Position numbers and translations under genes: made by a program. From Candidatus Tepidifontimicrobium thermophilum (GTDB lineage Bacteria; Sysuimicrobiota; Sysuimicrobiia; Sysuimicrobiales; Sysuimicrobiaceae): a DNA stretch of 64,000 nt. Every line of letters begins with the position of its first letter. Positions within the stretch are counted from its first letter, which is position 1. Below the pieces are notes generated by a model. The model worked only from the letters and a program-made list of their open reading frames with translations, was not told the origin of the DNA and did not search any database. The stretch is from contig JAVKHO010000003.1 in assembly GCA_031459915.1 (NCBI GenBank), forward strand, positions 122,594 to 186,593. The letters run 5' to 3'. Positions 48,801-57,343 of the stretch are shown piece after piece.

Positions 48801-48884
48801 ATGCAGCGTCGACTCAACCGTCAGGTTCCGTTCTCTCGCCCTCGCCAGTGCATCTGTCCTGGGCGGGGGGTAGCCCAGGCCTAG
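48801..48884 (+). CDS. Putative cysteine-containing leader peptide MQRRLNRQVPFSRPRQCICPGRGVAQA
   Basis: ATG with AAGGA upstream, between promoter and sat; shares PRxCICPxR with the ORF at 57152. Confidence 0.7.
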   Translation: MQRRLNRQVPFSRPRQCICPGRGVAQA

Positions 48885-48985
48885 CCGGGTCCGGGCTCCT
48901 TCCGCGGCTTCCGGTTTTTCCCTAGCCGTCGTTCCGAGACGAACGTCGCGCCGTGTTGCGCGTGCGCGCACGGGAGGTGTGCTTC

Positions 48986-50155
48986 GTGGTCGCACCCCAC
49001 GGGGGTCGTCTGGTACAGCGCGTGGCGGAAGGCGCTCAGGCCGCGTCCCTGCGGTCGGAGGCCGCGCGGCTGCCTGTGGTGGAGGCCAGTCCCAGGGAGG
49101 CTGCGGACGTGGTCCTGCTGGCCACGGGAGCCTACAGCCCGCTGGAAGGGTTCATGGACCGGGAGACGTACCGGTCGGTCCTGCACACCTTGCACCTGCC
49201 CGACGGGCTCCCGTGGACCCTCCCCGTCACCCTGTCCGTGCCCGCGGACCAGGCGCGCGGGCTCGGACCCGGGAGCCGCGTGTGCGTGCGCGCTCCCGGC
49301 CTGCTGGCGGTGGTGGAGGTGGAGGAGGCGTACCGCCGGGATCTGGAGGAGGAGGCCCGGGCGGTGTTCGGGACCACCGACCGCGCCCATCCGGGCGTGG
49401 CGCGTCTGCTGGGCGAATCCCCGTGGACGGTAGCGGGCCCGGTGTGGCTGGTGGAACGCCCCCGCGGGCGGTTCGCAGATCGAGAGCTGGACCCCGTGCA
49501 GACCCGGGAACTGTTCCAGCGGGCAGGCTGGCGCACGGTCACCGCTTTCCAGACCCGCAACCCCATCCACCGCGCCCACGAGTACCTCCACAAGTGTGCC
49601 CTGGAGACCACGGACGGGTTGTTCCTCCACCCGCTGGTGGGCGAGACGAAGGAGGACGACGTGCCCGCGGAGGTGCGGATGCGGTCGTACGAGGTGCTGC
49701 TGGAGCTGTACTACCCTCGCGATCGCGTGGTGCTGGCCGCGTTCCCGGCCGCCATGCGGTACGCGGGCCCTCGGGAGGCGGTGTTCCACGCCCTCGTGCG
49801 GAAGAACTACGGCTGCACCCACATCCTCATCGGACGGGACCACGCGGGAGTCGGGGGGTTCTACGACCCGTACGCCGCCCACCGGATCTTCGATCGGTTC
49901 GACCCGAGCCGGCTCGGCATCACGCCGGTGTTCTTCGGGGAGGCGTTCTACTGCCGCCGGTGCGACGCCATGGCCACGGATCGCAGCTGCCCGCATCCGC
50001 CGGACGTCCGGGTGAACCCCAGCGGCACGTGGGTGCGGCGGCTGCTCCGGTCCGGCCAGCTGCCGCCGCCGCAGGTGATGCGGCCGGAGGTGGCGCAGGT
50101 GCTGCGGGACCACTTTTTCCGCGGGTCCCCCGAGCTGGCGGAGCAGGCGGGCTGA
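48986..50155 (+). CDS. sat: Sulfate adenylyltransferase (ATP sulfurylase)
   Basis: PHGGRL, SPLEGFM, AFQTRNPIHRAHEY, MRYAGPREA, GRDHAG, Zn site CRRC..CPH. Confidence 0.95.
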   Translation: MVAPHGGRLVQRVAEGAQAASLRSEAARLPVVEASPREAADVVLLATGAYSPLEGFMDRETYRSVLHTLHLPDGLPWTLPVTLSVPADQARGLGPGSRVCVRAPGLLAVVEVEEAYRRDLEEEARAVFGTTDRAHPGVARLLGESPWTVAGPVWLVERPRGRFADRELDPVQTRELFQRAGWRTVTAFQTRNPIHRAHEYLHKCALETTDGLFLHPLVGETKEDDVPAEVRMRSYEVLLELYYPRDRVVLAAFPAAMRYAGPREAVFHALVRKNYGCTHILIGRDHAGVGGFYDPYAAHRIFDRFDPSRLGITPVFFGEAFYCRRCDAMATDRSCPHPPDVRVNPSGTWVRRLLRSGQLPPPQVMRPEVAQVLRDHFFRGSPELAEQAG

Positions 50156-50169
50156 GGGAGGGAGGAACC

Positions 50170-52092
50170 ATGGCGCAGGTGCAGACCGTATCCCAGCCCA
50201 CGTGGGAGGTCGTGCTCAGGCGCAACTCCATCGAGCGGCTCAAGCAGGAGAAGTTCCCCCTCGACATCGTGCACGAGCTGCCGAGCCTGATCGCGCGCGG
50301 CTACGAGGCCATCCCGGAGGAGGACATCGTCCGGCTGAACTGGTGGGGGCTGACCCACGACAAGCCGAAGGTGGGGACCTTCATGGTCCGCATCAAGGTC
50401 CCCGGTGGGCGCATCACGCCGGCGCAGCTGGTGGGGGTCGGCGAGATCGCCCGGCGCTACGGCCGGAACTACGGGGAGCTCACCACCCGGCAGGGAATCC
50501 AGCTCCACTGGGTACGGCTCGAGCAGCTCCCCGAGGTCCTGTCCGCGGTGCAGGCCACGGGGCTCACCACCGTGGGCGGGGAAGGGGATACCGTCCGCAA
50601 CGTGACCAGCTGCCCCGTGGCAGGGGTGGACCGGGACGAGCTGTTCGACGTGCGGCCCGTGGTACAGGCCGTGGCGCAGTTCTTCTACGGCCACCGCGAC
50701 TACTCCAACCTGCCCCGCAAGCACAAGTACACCCTCAGCGCCTGCCCCGCACAGTGCAACGCCCCCGAGATCCACGACGTGGCCCTGGTCGGCGTGGTGA
50801 AGGAGGGGCGGCCGGGGTTTGCGGTGCGGGTGGGCGGAGGGCTTTCCGCCACGCCCCGGATCAGCCGGGACCTGGGCGTGTTCGTGCCCGCGCAGCCCGT
50901 AGACGGTGTGGTGGAGGTGTTGCGGGCCATCACCGACGTCTGGCAGAACGACCTGCGTTACCGCCTCAGCCGCGCGAAGGCGCGGATCAAGTTCCTCGTG
51001 GACGACTACGGACCGGAGGCGGTGCGCGCGATGGTGGAGGCCCGGTTGGGGCGGCGACTGGAGGACGGGCGGGCGCCGGAGCCGGCGCACGACACGGATC
51101 ACCTGGGGATCCACCCCCAGAAGCAGGAGGGCCACGTGTACGTGGGGGTGCCGGTGCCCATGGGCTGGGTCTCCGGCGACCAGCTGGTGGCGCTCGGGGA
51201 GCTGGTGGGTTCCTTCGGCGGGGAAGTCCGATTCACCCGCATGCAGAACCTGATCGTCACCCACGTGCCGGAGGACCGGCTGGAGCAGGTCCTGCAGCAG
51301 CTGGCCCGGATCGGCCTAGATCCGCGCCGGAACCCCGTGTACGGCCGTTCCACCGCGTGCACCGACCACCGCTTCTGCAACTACTCCGTGGCGGAGACCA
51401 AGGGCAAGCTGAGGGAGATCCTCGGGGTGCTGGAGCGGCGGTTCGGCGACGCGGTGGGTGAGCTGCGGATCTACATGGACGGCTGCCCGCACGCCTGCGC
51501 GCACCACTGGGTTGCCGACATCGGCCTACAGGGGACCACCGTGGTGCACCCGGAGCGGGGAGTTCGGGTGGAGGCGTACGACGTGTGCCTTCGGGGCGGG
51601 CTGGGGACGCGGGCGGCCATCGGGAAGCCTTTGATCCGGCGCGTGCCGGAAGACCGCATCGTGGAGGTGGTCTGCCGCCTGGTGGAGGGATGGCTGCGGG
51701 AACGTGCCCGGCGCGGGCAGCTGGCGTTCCGGGACTTCGTGGACGCGCACACCGACGAAGAGCTGCGGGCGCTGGCCATGGGCGAGGCGACCCTGGGGGA
51801 GGAACCGCCCCGGCGTCCCGTGGTCCGGGTGCCCGGGATGCTGCTGGCCTACAGCGGCGGCGCGGACCGGCTGGAGGTGGACGCCCGCACGGTGCGGGAG
51901 GCCCTGGAGGCGCTGCGGGCTCAGTACCCGCAGCTGGTGGCGCAGATTCTGACGCCGGACGGCAACGTGCACCCCAGCGTGAACCTGTTCGTGGGCGAGG
52001 AGGACGTGCGGGGCCTGGGCGGGCTGGACGCCCCTGTGCGCCCCGGAGACGAGCTCACCATCCTGCCCGCGCTGGCGGGCGGCGCGTGCTGA
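50170..52092 (+). CDS. Siroheme sulfite reductase (Sir/NirA family) fused to a C-terminal MoaD/CysO-like ubiquitin-fold domain
   Basis: TTRQGIQ, GDTVRN, NLPRKHK, ACTDHRFCN, DGCPHACA; C-terminal VRVPGML...NLFVGEEDVR...ILPALAGGAC. Confidence 0.88.
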   Translation: MAQVQTVSQPTWEVVLRRNSIERLKQEKFPLDIVHELPSLIARGYEAIPEEDIVRLNWWGLTHDKPKVGTFMVRIKVPGGRITPAQLVGVGEIARRYGRNYGELTTRQGIQLHWVRLEQLPEVLSAVQATGLTTVGGEGDTVRNVTSCPVAGVDRDELFDVRPVVQAVAQFFYGHRDYSNLPRKHKYTLSACPAQCNAPEIHDVALVGVVKEGRPGFAVRVGGGLSATPRISRDLGVFVPAQPVDGVVEVLRAITDVWQNDLRYRLSRAKARIKFLVDDYGPEAVRAMVEARLGRRLEDGRAPEPAHDTDHLGIHPQKQEGHVYVGVPVPMGWVSGDQLVALGELVGSFGGEVRFTRMQNLIVTHVPEDRLEQVLQQLARIGLDPRRNPVYGRSTACTDHRFCNYSVAETKGKLREILGVLERRFGDAVGELRIYMDGCPHACAHHWVADIGLQGTTVVHPERGVRVEAYDVCLRGGLGTRAAIGKPLIRRVPEDRIVEVVCRLVEGWLRERARRGQLAFRDFVDAHTDEELRALAMGEATLGEEPPRRPVVRVPGMLLAYSGGADRLEVDARTVREALEALRAQYPQLVAQILTPDGNVHPSVNLFVGEEDVRGLGGLDAPVRPGDELTILPALAGGAC

Positions 52093-52102
52093 GGAGGAGG
52101 CT

Positions 52103-52906
52103 GTGGCCAGGACGGTTGTCTTCGACGACCTGGAGATCGGCGAGATCGCCGTGGAGCTGGACGACCGGGAGCCCCAGGAGGTGATCGCGTGGGCCCTCGA
52201 GACCTTCGAGGACCGGGTGGCCGTGGTCACGGCCCTGCAGGCGGAGGGGATGGCGATCCTGGACATGGCTACCCGCCTGCGGCGGGACGTGCGGGTGATC
52301 ACGGTGGACACCGGACGCCTGCCCCAGGCCACGTACGCCTTCCTGGACCAGGTCCGCGAGCACTACCCGCACGCGAGGTGGGAGGTGCTCTTTCCCGACC
52401 GCCGGGAGGTGGAGGCCATGGTCCGGCGCCACGGGGCCAATCTGTTCTACCGCTCCGTGCCCCTGCGCCTGCTGTGCTGCCAGGTGCGGAAGGTCCGGCC
52501 CCTGGTCCGGGGCCTGGAGCAGCTGGACGCGTGGATCACCGGGCTGCGCCGGGAGCAGTGGGCTTCAAGGGCCAACATCCGCAAGGTGGAGCTGGACCAC
52601 GACCACGACGGCATCGTGAAGGTCAACCCGCTGGCGGACTGGACCAAGGAGGAGGTGTGGGAGTACCTCCGGTCGCACGGGGTCCCGGTGCACCCCCTGT
52701 ACGCGCAGGGCTACACCAGCATCGGCTGTGACCCGTGCACGCGGCCCATCCAGCCTGGGGAGGACGACCGGGCCGGCCGGTGGTGGTGGGAACAGGGCGC
52801 CCCCAAGGAGTGCGGCATCCACTGCCCCATCGAGACGGGCGGCTTCGAGCACGAGGCCCACGCCATCCTCGGGGAAGCGCACGGGCTGGAGGAGGTCCGG
52901 CAGTGA
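52103..52906 (+). CDS. cysH: APS/PAPS reductase with [4Fe-4S] APS-type cysteine pattern
   Basis: DTGRL, CC..RK, TGLRREQ, GYTSIGCDPC, RAGRW, KECGIH. Confidence 0.92.
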   Translation: MARTVVFDDLEIGEIAVELDDREPQEVIAWALETFEDRVAVVTALQAEGMAILDMATRLRRDVRVITVDTGRLPQATYAFLDQVREHYPHARWEVLFPDRREVEAMVRRHGANLFYRSVPLRLLCCQVRKVRPLVRGLEQLDAWITGLRREQWASRANIRKVELDHDHDGIVKVNPLADWTKEEVWEYLRSHGVPVHPLYAQGYTSIGCDPCTRPIQPGEDDRAGRWWWEQGAPKECGIHCPIETGGFEHEAHAILGEAHGLEEVRQ

Positions 52907-53931
52907 CGGGCGCGGCGGGTCGGTGGGAGCTGAGCGCGGAAGCGGCGGAGCTGGTGGCGCAGGAGGTGCTGGCGCTGGCCCAGATGCTGCCCGAGGCGCA
53001 GCGGGAACGGGCGCTGGCAGCTGCGGAGCGCGTGCGGCGGGGCGAGCTGGCGGAGGACCTGGTGGACGTGGTGGAGTCGGCGGTGGCGCTGTCCCTGCAG
53101 ACGGGCCGGGCGCGACGGCGGTACCGGGCGGAGGGCGAGCGGCTGCTCACCGACGTCCTGTGGAGCACCCCTCGGGGCCAGGCGCTCCAGGCGAGGTTGG
53201 CGGCCACGAACCGGGCGCTGCGCGGGCTGCGGGGCCGGCGGCTCGAGGACGTCCGGGTGAGCGCCCGGACCCTGGGCGACTACACCGTGGCCCTCCGGGC
53301 CGAGGGCCTGACGGTCACCCTGGCGGCGCGGGCCGACGGGGTGGAGGTGGAGAGCGTGTCCGTAGAGGGCGGGCAGAGTGGGAGCCGGGGCGTTTGCGTG
53401 TGGTTCACCGGGCTTTCTGGCGCCGGCAAGAGCACCGTGGCCGAGCTCGTGGCGGAACGCCTCCGCAGCCAGGGCCTGGCGGTGGAGGTCCTGGACGGCG
53501 ACTCGGTCCGACAGCACTTCTCCCGGGGTCTCGGCTTCTCGCGGGAGGACCGGCTGGAGAACGTGCGGCGGGTTGCGTACGTGGCGGGGCTGTTGGTGCG
53601 CCACGGGGTGGTGGTGCTGGTGGCCCTGATCTCCCCGTACCGGGAAGCGCGCGCGCAGGCCCGGCAGATGGTCGGGGACTTCCTGGAAGTCTACGTCCGG
53701 TGCCCGCTGGACGTGCTGGTGGCGCGGGATCCCAAGGGGTTGTACGCGCGGGCCCTGCGGGGCGAGGTTCCCAACTTCACAGGGGTGAGCGACCCGTACG
53801 AGGAGCCCGAGGCCCCGGACCTCGTGGTGGACACCGACCGCGAAACCCCCGAGCACAGCGCAGCTCGGGTGGTGGAGCTGCTGGCCGAGCGTGGCTACGT
53901 GCCGCGGGCGAGCGCAGGGCTGTCGGGATGA
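52903..53931 (+). CDS. cysC: Adenylyl-sulfate kinase with a ~155-aa N-terminal domain of unknown function
   Basis: WFTGLSGAGKST, LDGD, LGFSREDR, ISPY, RDPKGLY, FTGVSDPYE in the C-terminal half. Confidence 0.88.
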   Translation: MTGAAGRWELSAEAAELVAQEVLALAQMLPEAQRERALAAAERVRRGELAEDLVDVVESAVALSLQTGRARRRYRAEGERLLTDVLWSTPRGQALQARLAATNRALRGLRGRRLEDVRVSARTLGDYTVALRAEGLTVTLAARADGVEVESVSVEGGQSGSRGVCVWFTGLSGAGKSTVAELVAERLRSQGLAVEVLDGDSVRQHFSRGLGFSREDRLENVRRVAYVAGLLVRHGVVVLVALISPYREARAQARQMVGDFLEVYVRCPLDVLVARDPKGLYARALRGEVPNFTGVSDPYEEPEAPDLVVDTDRETPEHSAARVVELLAERGYVPRASAGLSG

Positions 53932-54734
53932 GCTGGCGCGTCCTCCTGCTGGAGTCCCGGTGGCCGGAGATCCTGTCGGACCTGGTCCGGCGGCACGGCG
54001 GGGAGCCGGTGTGCGCGCCCGCGGTGGAGGAGGTACCTGCTCCGGCGGAGGAACTGGCGGACCCGCTGGGTCGCCTGTCCTCCGGGAAGGTGGACTGGGC
54101 GGTGTTCCTCACGGGCGTGGGTGTGCAGCGGCTGTATGACGCGGCTCGTGTCCTGGGCATGGCGGAGGCGTTCGTGGAGGCGCTGCGGCGGCTGCCGGTG
54201 GCGGTACGGGGCCCCAAGCCGGTGGCGGTGTTGAGCCGGTGGGGGGTCCGGCCGCAGGTCTCTGCCCCGAGCCCCCACACCACGGCAGAGCTTTGTCAGG
54301 TCCTGCAAGCGGTAGAGCTGCGGGACCAGCGGGTGTTCGTCCAGCACTACGGTGAACCCAACCAGCGGCTTCGCGACTACTTGCTGCGGCGAGGCGCCCA
54401 GGTGGTGGACGCGCTGCCCTACCGCTGGGCGGTGCCTCGCGAGGCCGGGCGGCTGATCGGGGCAGTCCGGGCGCTGGCCGCGGGAGAGGTGGACGCGCTG
54501 GTGGTCACCAGCCGGCCTCAGGTGCTGCACCTCCTCCAGGTGGCGGAGCGGCAAGGGCTGGGTGAGGCGGTCCGGGAGGCCCTCAACGGCCGTGTGGTGG
54601 TGGCCGCGGTGGGTCCCACGAGCCGGGCGACCCTGGAGGATTACGGGATCCGGGTGGCCGTGACTCCGGAGCACCCCAAGATGGCGCCCCTGGTGGCGGC
54701 GCTGGCCGCGCACCGGGGCACGAGGGAGGACTAG
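53928..54734 (+). CDS. hemD: Uroporphyrinogen-III synthase
   Basis: LESR, FLTGVG, RGPKP, QHYG, PYRW, TSRPQV, AVGP. Confidence 0.82.
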   Translation: MSWRVLLLESRWPEILSDLVRRHGGEPVCAPAVEEVPAPAEELADPLGRLSSGKVDWAVFLTGVGVQRLYDAARVLGMAEAFVEALRRLPVAVRGPKPVAVLSRWGVRPQVSAPSPHTTAELCQVLQAVELRDQRVFVQHYGEPNQRLRDYLLRRGAQVVDALPYRWAVPREAGRLIGAVRALAAGEVDALVVTSRPQVLHLLQVAERQGLGEAVREALNGRVVVAAVGPTSRATLEDYGIRVAVTPEHPKMAPLVAALAAHRGTRED

Positions 54735-55366
54735 TGTACTACCCCCTCTTCGTGGACCTCGCAGGCCGTCGTTGCGTGGTCGTGGGCGGCGGCGCCATGG
54801 CCGAGCCCAAGGTGGAAGCGCTGGTGGAGTGCGGCGCAGAGGTGGTGGTCATCAGCCCGCAGGTGACCGAAAAGATCCGGCGCTGGGTCGAGGAGGGCCG
54901 GCTGCGCTGGGAGCCTAGAGCTTACCGTCTCGGAGACCTGGAGGGAGCGTGGCTCGTGGTGTCCGCGCCAGACGACCGGAGCTTGAACAGGGCGGTGTGG
55001 GAAGAAGCCCAGGCGAGGAGGGTCTGGGTGAACGCGGTGGACGACCCCCCGCACTGCAGCTTCATCGCTCCGGCCGTCTACCGTCAGGGCGAGCTGGTGC
55101 TGGCTGTCTCCACCTCCGGAAAGGCGCCCGCGCTGGCGGTGCGGCTGCGGGACCGGTTGGCGGCTCAGCTCGGCCCGGAGTACGCGGCGTTCCTGGAACT
55201 CGCGGCGGAGCTGCGGGGGGAGCTGGTCCGGCGGGTTCCGCAGTTCGAACGCCGCCGCGCCCTGTGGTACCGGATTCTGGACTCCGGGGTGCTGGACGAC
55301 CTTCAGGCAGGCGCGCGCGAGCGGGCCAGGGAGCGGTTCCTCCAGTTGGTGGAGGAGTGGGCGTGA
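54734..55366 (+). CDS. Precorrin-2 dehydrogenase/sirohydrochlorin ferrochelatase (CysG-B/SirC-like)
   Basis: YYPLFVDL, VVGGG, NAVDDP..CSFIAP, STSGKAPALA. Confidence 0.9.
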   Translation: MYYPLFVDLAGRRCVVVGGGAMAEPKVEALVECGAEVVVISPQVTEKIRRWVEEGRLRWEPRAYRLGDLEGAWLVVSAPDDRSLNRAVWEEAQARRVWVNAVDDPPHCSFIAPAVYRQGELVLAVSTSGKAPALAVRLRDRLAAQLGPEYAAFLELAAELRGELVRRVPQFERRRALWYRILDSGVLDDLQAGARERARERFLQLVEEWA

Positions 55367-56127
55367 CCGGGAAGGTGTTCCTGGTGGGCGCGGGGCCCGG
55401 CGACCCCGAGCTCATCACTGTCCGGGGTCTGCGGGTGCTGCGGAGCGCGGACGTGGTGGTGTACGACCGGCTGGTGCACCCGGCTCTGCTGGAGGCAGCA
55501 CCGTCTTCCGCGGAGCGGGTCTTCGCGGGCAAGCACCCTGATGGTCCGCGCGTCGCACAGGACGAGATCGTGCGGCTGCTGGTGGACCGGGCCCGGAGAG
55601 GCCTTCAGGTGGTCCGGCTCAAGGGGGGCGACCCCTTCGTGTTCGGCCGCGGGGGTGAGGAGGTCGAGGCGCTGCGCGCCGCAGGCGTGCCCTACGAGGT
55701 GATCCCGGGCGTCACCGCGGCGGTGGCGGTACCCGCGGCCGCGGAGATCCCGGTCACCCACCGGGCCTACGCCTCGGGCTTCTCGGTGGTCACCGGCCAC
55801 CCCTGCGACGGCGGGACGGGCCTGGACTGGTCGGCCCTGGCCCGCATGCCCACCTTGGTGGTGCTCATGGGGCTGCGCCGGCTGCCCCTGGTGGTGGCAC
55901 GCCTTTTGGACTCCGGTGCCGACCCTTCGGTCCCCGCGGCCATGATCGCGCGCGGTACGCTCCCCGATCAGCGGGTGGTGATGGGGACCCTCGGCACCAT
56001 CGCCCGGAGGGTGGAGGAGGCCGGGCTGCAGCCCCCGGCCACCCTCGTGGTGGGACGGGTGGTGGAGCTGTGCCGTTCGGCCGTGGCGGCCCCGAACCCC
56101 ACGGGCCCGGAAAGGGGTGCGGTGTGA
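55363..56127 (+). CDS. cobA: Uroporphyrinogen-III C-methyltransferase
   Basis: VGAGPGDPELIT, YDRLV, RLKGGDPFVFGRGGEE, PVTHR. Confidence 0.93.
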   Translation: MTGKVFLVGAGPGDPELITVRGLRVLRSADVVVYDRLVHPALLEAAPSSAERVFAGKHPDGPRVAQDEIVRLLVDRARRGLQVVRLKGGDPFVFGRGGEEVEALRAAGVPYEVIPGVTAAVAVPAAAEIPVTHRAYASGFSVVTGHPCDGGTGLDWSALARMPTLVVLMGLRRLPLVVARLLDSGADPSVPAAMIARGTLPDQRVVMGTLGTIARRVEEAGLQPPATLVVGRVVELCRSAVAAPNPTGPERGAV

Positions 56128-56140
56128 GCGAGGAAGCGGC

Positions 56141-56890
56141 ATGCTGGCCCTCCTGGTCCTGCTGGCCTTCGGGGCAGGCTTCCTGGACAGCGCCCTGGGG
56201 ATGGGGTACGGGACCGTGCTCGGTCCGTTGCTCCTGGCCGCGGGGTACCGCCTGCCGGAGGTCGTTCCCGCCTTGTTGCTGTCTCAGGTGATGGCCGGGC
56301 TGGTGGGTGCGCGGTTCCACCACGCCAACGGCAACGCCTCCTTCGCCCGAGACTCCCTTCACCTGCGGGTGGCTGCGGTGCTGGTGGCCGCGGGGCTGGC
56401 GGGAGGGCTGCTGGGCCCCTGGGTGGCGCAGCAGGCGGAAGAGAAACTGTTGCGCGCGTACATGGCGGTGATGATCGTGGGGCTCGGCCTGTGGGTCCTG
56501 GTGGGGCGGACCGCGCGGGAGTTCTCGTGGGCGAGACTGGTGACCCTCGGGGCCGTCGCCTCGGTGAACAAGGCGCTCACGGGGGGTGGCTACGGGCCTT
56601 TGATCGCCGCAGGGCAGATGGTGGCGGGACTGGACCCGAAGGCCTCGGTGGCCATCACGAACCTGGCCGAGGCGGTCGTCTCCCTGGTGGCGGTGGCAAG
56701 CTACGCGTGGTGGTTCTCGGCCTCCTGGCGGTGGGATCTGGTGCTGGCGGTCACCTGCGGCGCGGTGCTGGCGGTTCCCCTGGGCGTGCGGACGGTACGG
56801 CTCGCGGGTGCAGGACGCCTGAGGGGTTGGGTGGCCACCGCCACGGTGTGCCTGGGCCTGGTGGCCTTCGTGTCGGGGCGCGGTGGCTAG
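56141..56890 (+). CDS. TauE/SafE family sulfur-compound transporter
   Basis: DSALGMGYG, GGGYGP; about 8 TM helices. Confidence 0.85.
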   Translation: MLALLVLLAFGAGFLDSALGMGYGTVLGPLLLAAGYRLPEVVPALLLSQVMAGLVGARFHHANGNASFARDSLHLRVAAVLVAAGLAGGLLGPWVAQQAEEKLLRAYMAVMIVGLGLWVLVGRTAREFSWARLVTLGAVASVNKALTGGGYGPLIAAGQMVAGLDPKASVAITNLAEAVVSLVAVASYAWWFSASWRWDLVLAVTCGAVLAVPLGVRTVRLAGAGRLRGWVATATVCLGLVAFVSGRGG

Positions 56891-56964
56891 GCGCAGGTCC
56901 TTGCCTTGTTGTGGCGTTAACGGTGCGGCGCTCCTCGTACGCTACCGGTTGACGTTGCCGGGCC

Positions 56965-57117
56965 GTGCGGACGGGGACGCCGGTGATCCTGGGCGAGGCG
57001 GACGACGGGGCACTGCTCGGGGTGGTGACCCTGGAGACCCCGGGCCTCGTGTTCAACCCGTTCAAGCGAACCCTGAAACCCATGCGGATGCGCTTGGCAC
57101 GGTGGGGTGTCGGTTGA
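56965..57117 (+). pseudogene. Remnant C-terminus of a clan AA (retropepsin-like) aspartyl protease
   Basis: Frame reads TPVILGEADDGALLGVVTLETPGLVFNPFKRTLKPMRM; the N-terminal DTG half is missing. Confidence 0.5.
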
Positions 57118-57142
57118 CGCGTCCGTCGGGGTGTGCTACAAG
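57114..57142 (+). promoter_or_regulatory. sigma70-type promoter of the sulfurtransferase operon
   Basis: TTGACG-17 nt-TACAAG with TG extension; -10 imperfect. Confidence 0.6.
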
Positions 57143-57151
57143 GGGATTGTC

Positions 57152-57232
57152 GTGAAGGGCCTTCGGTACGCACCGCGCAGCTGTATCTGTCCGTGGCGGA
57201 GGCAGGGTCTGCCTTCGCTGCGCCCCTTCTAG
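57152..57232 (+). CDS. Putative cysteine-containing leader peptide MKGLRYAPRSCICPWRRQGLPSLRPF
   Basis: GTG 9 nt after the -10 (near-leaderless); shares PRxCICPxR with the ORF at 48801; strong hairpin 57195-57219. Confidence 0.7.
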   Translation: MKGLRYAPRSCICPWRRQGLPSLRPF

Positions 57233-57343
57233 GTCCCCTGCGAAGCTCACCCTGTCTCCGCTGACCACGGCGGGGATCCGTGCGCTCTCCTGGCGCCGCG
57301 TCCCGCCTATGCACCACAGACCGTGGAACCCGGAGGTGGACGG

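Noticed and set aside
52084..52110. Possible Sec read-through at the sulfite reductase stop (GGAC-TGA-GGG...)
   Set aside because: The following bases are the GAGGAGG RBS and start of cysH; no SECIS-like hairpin seen
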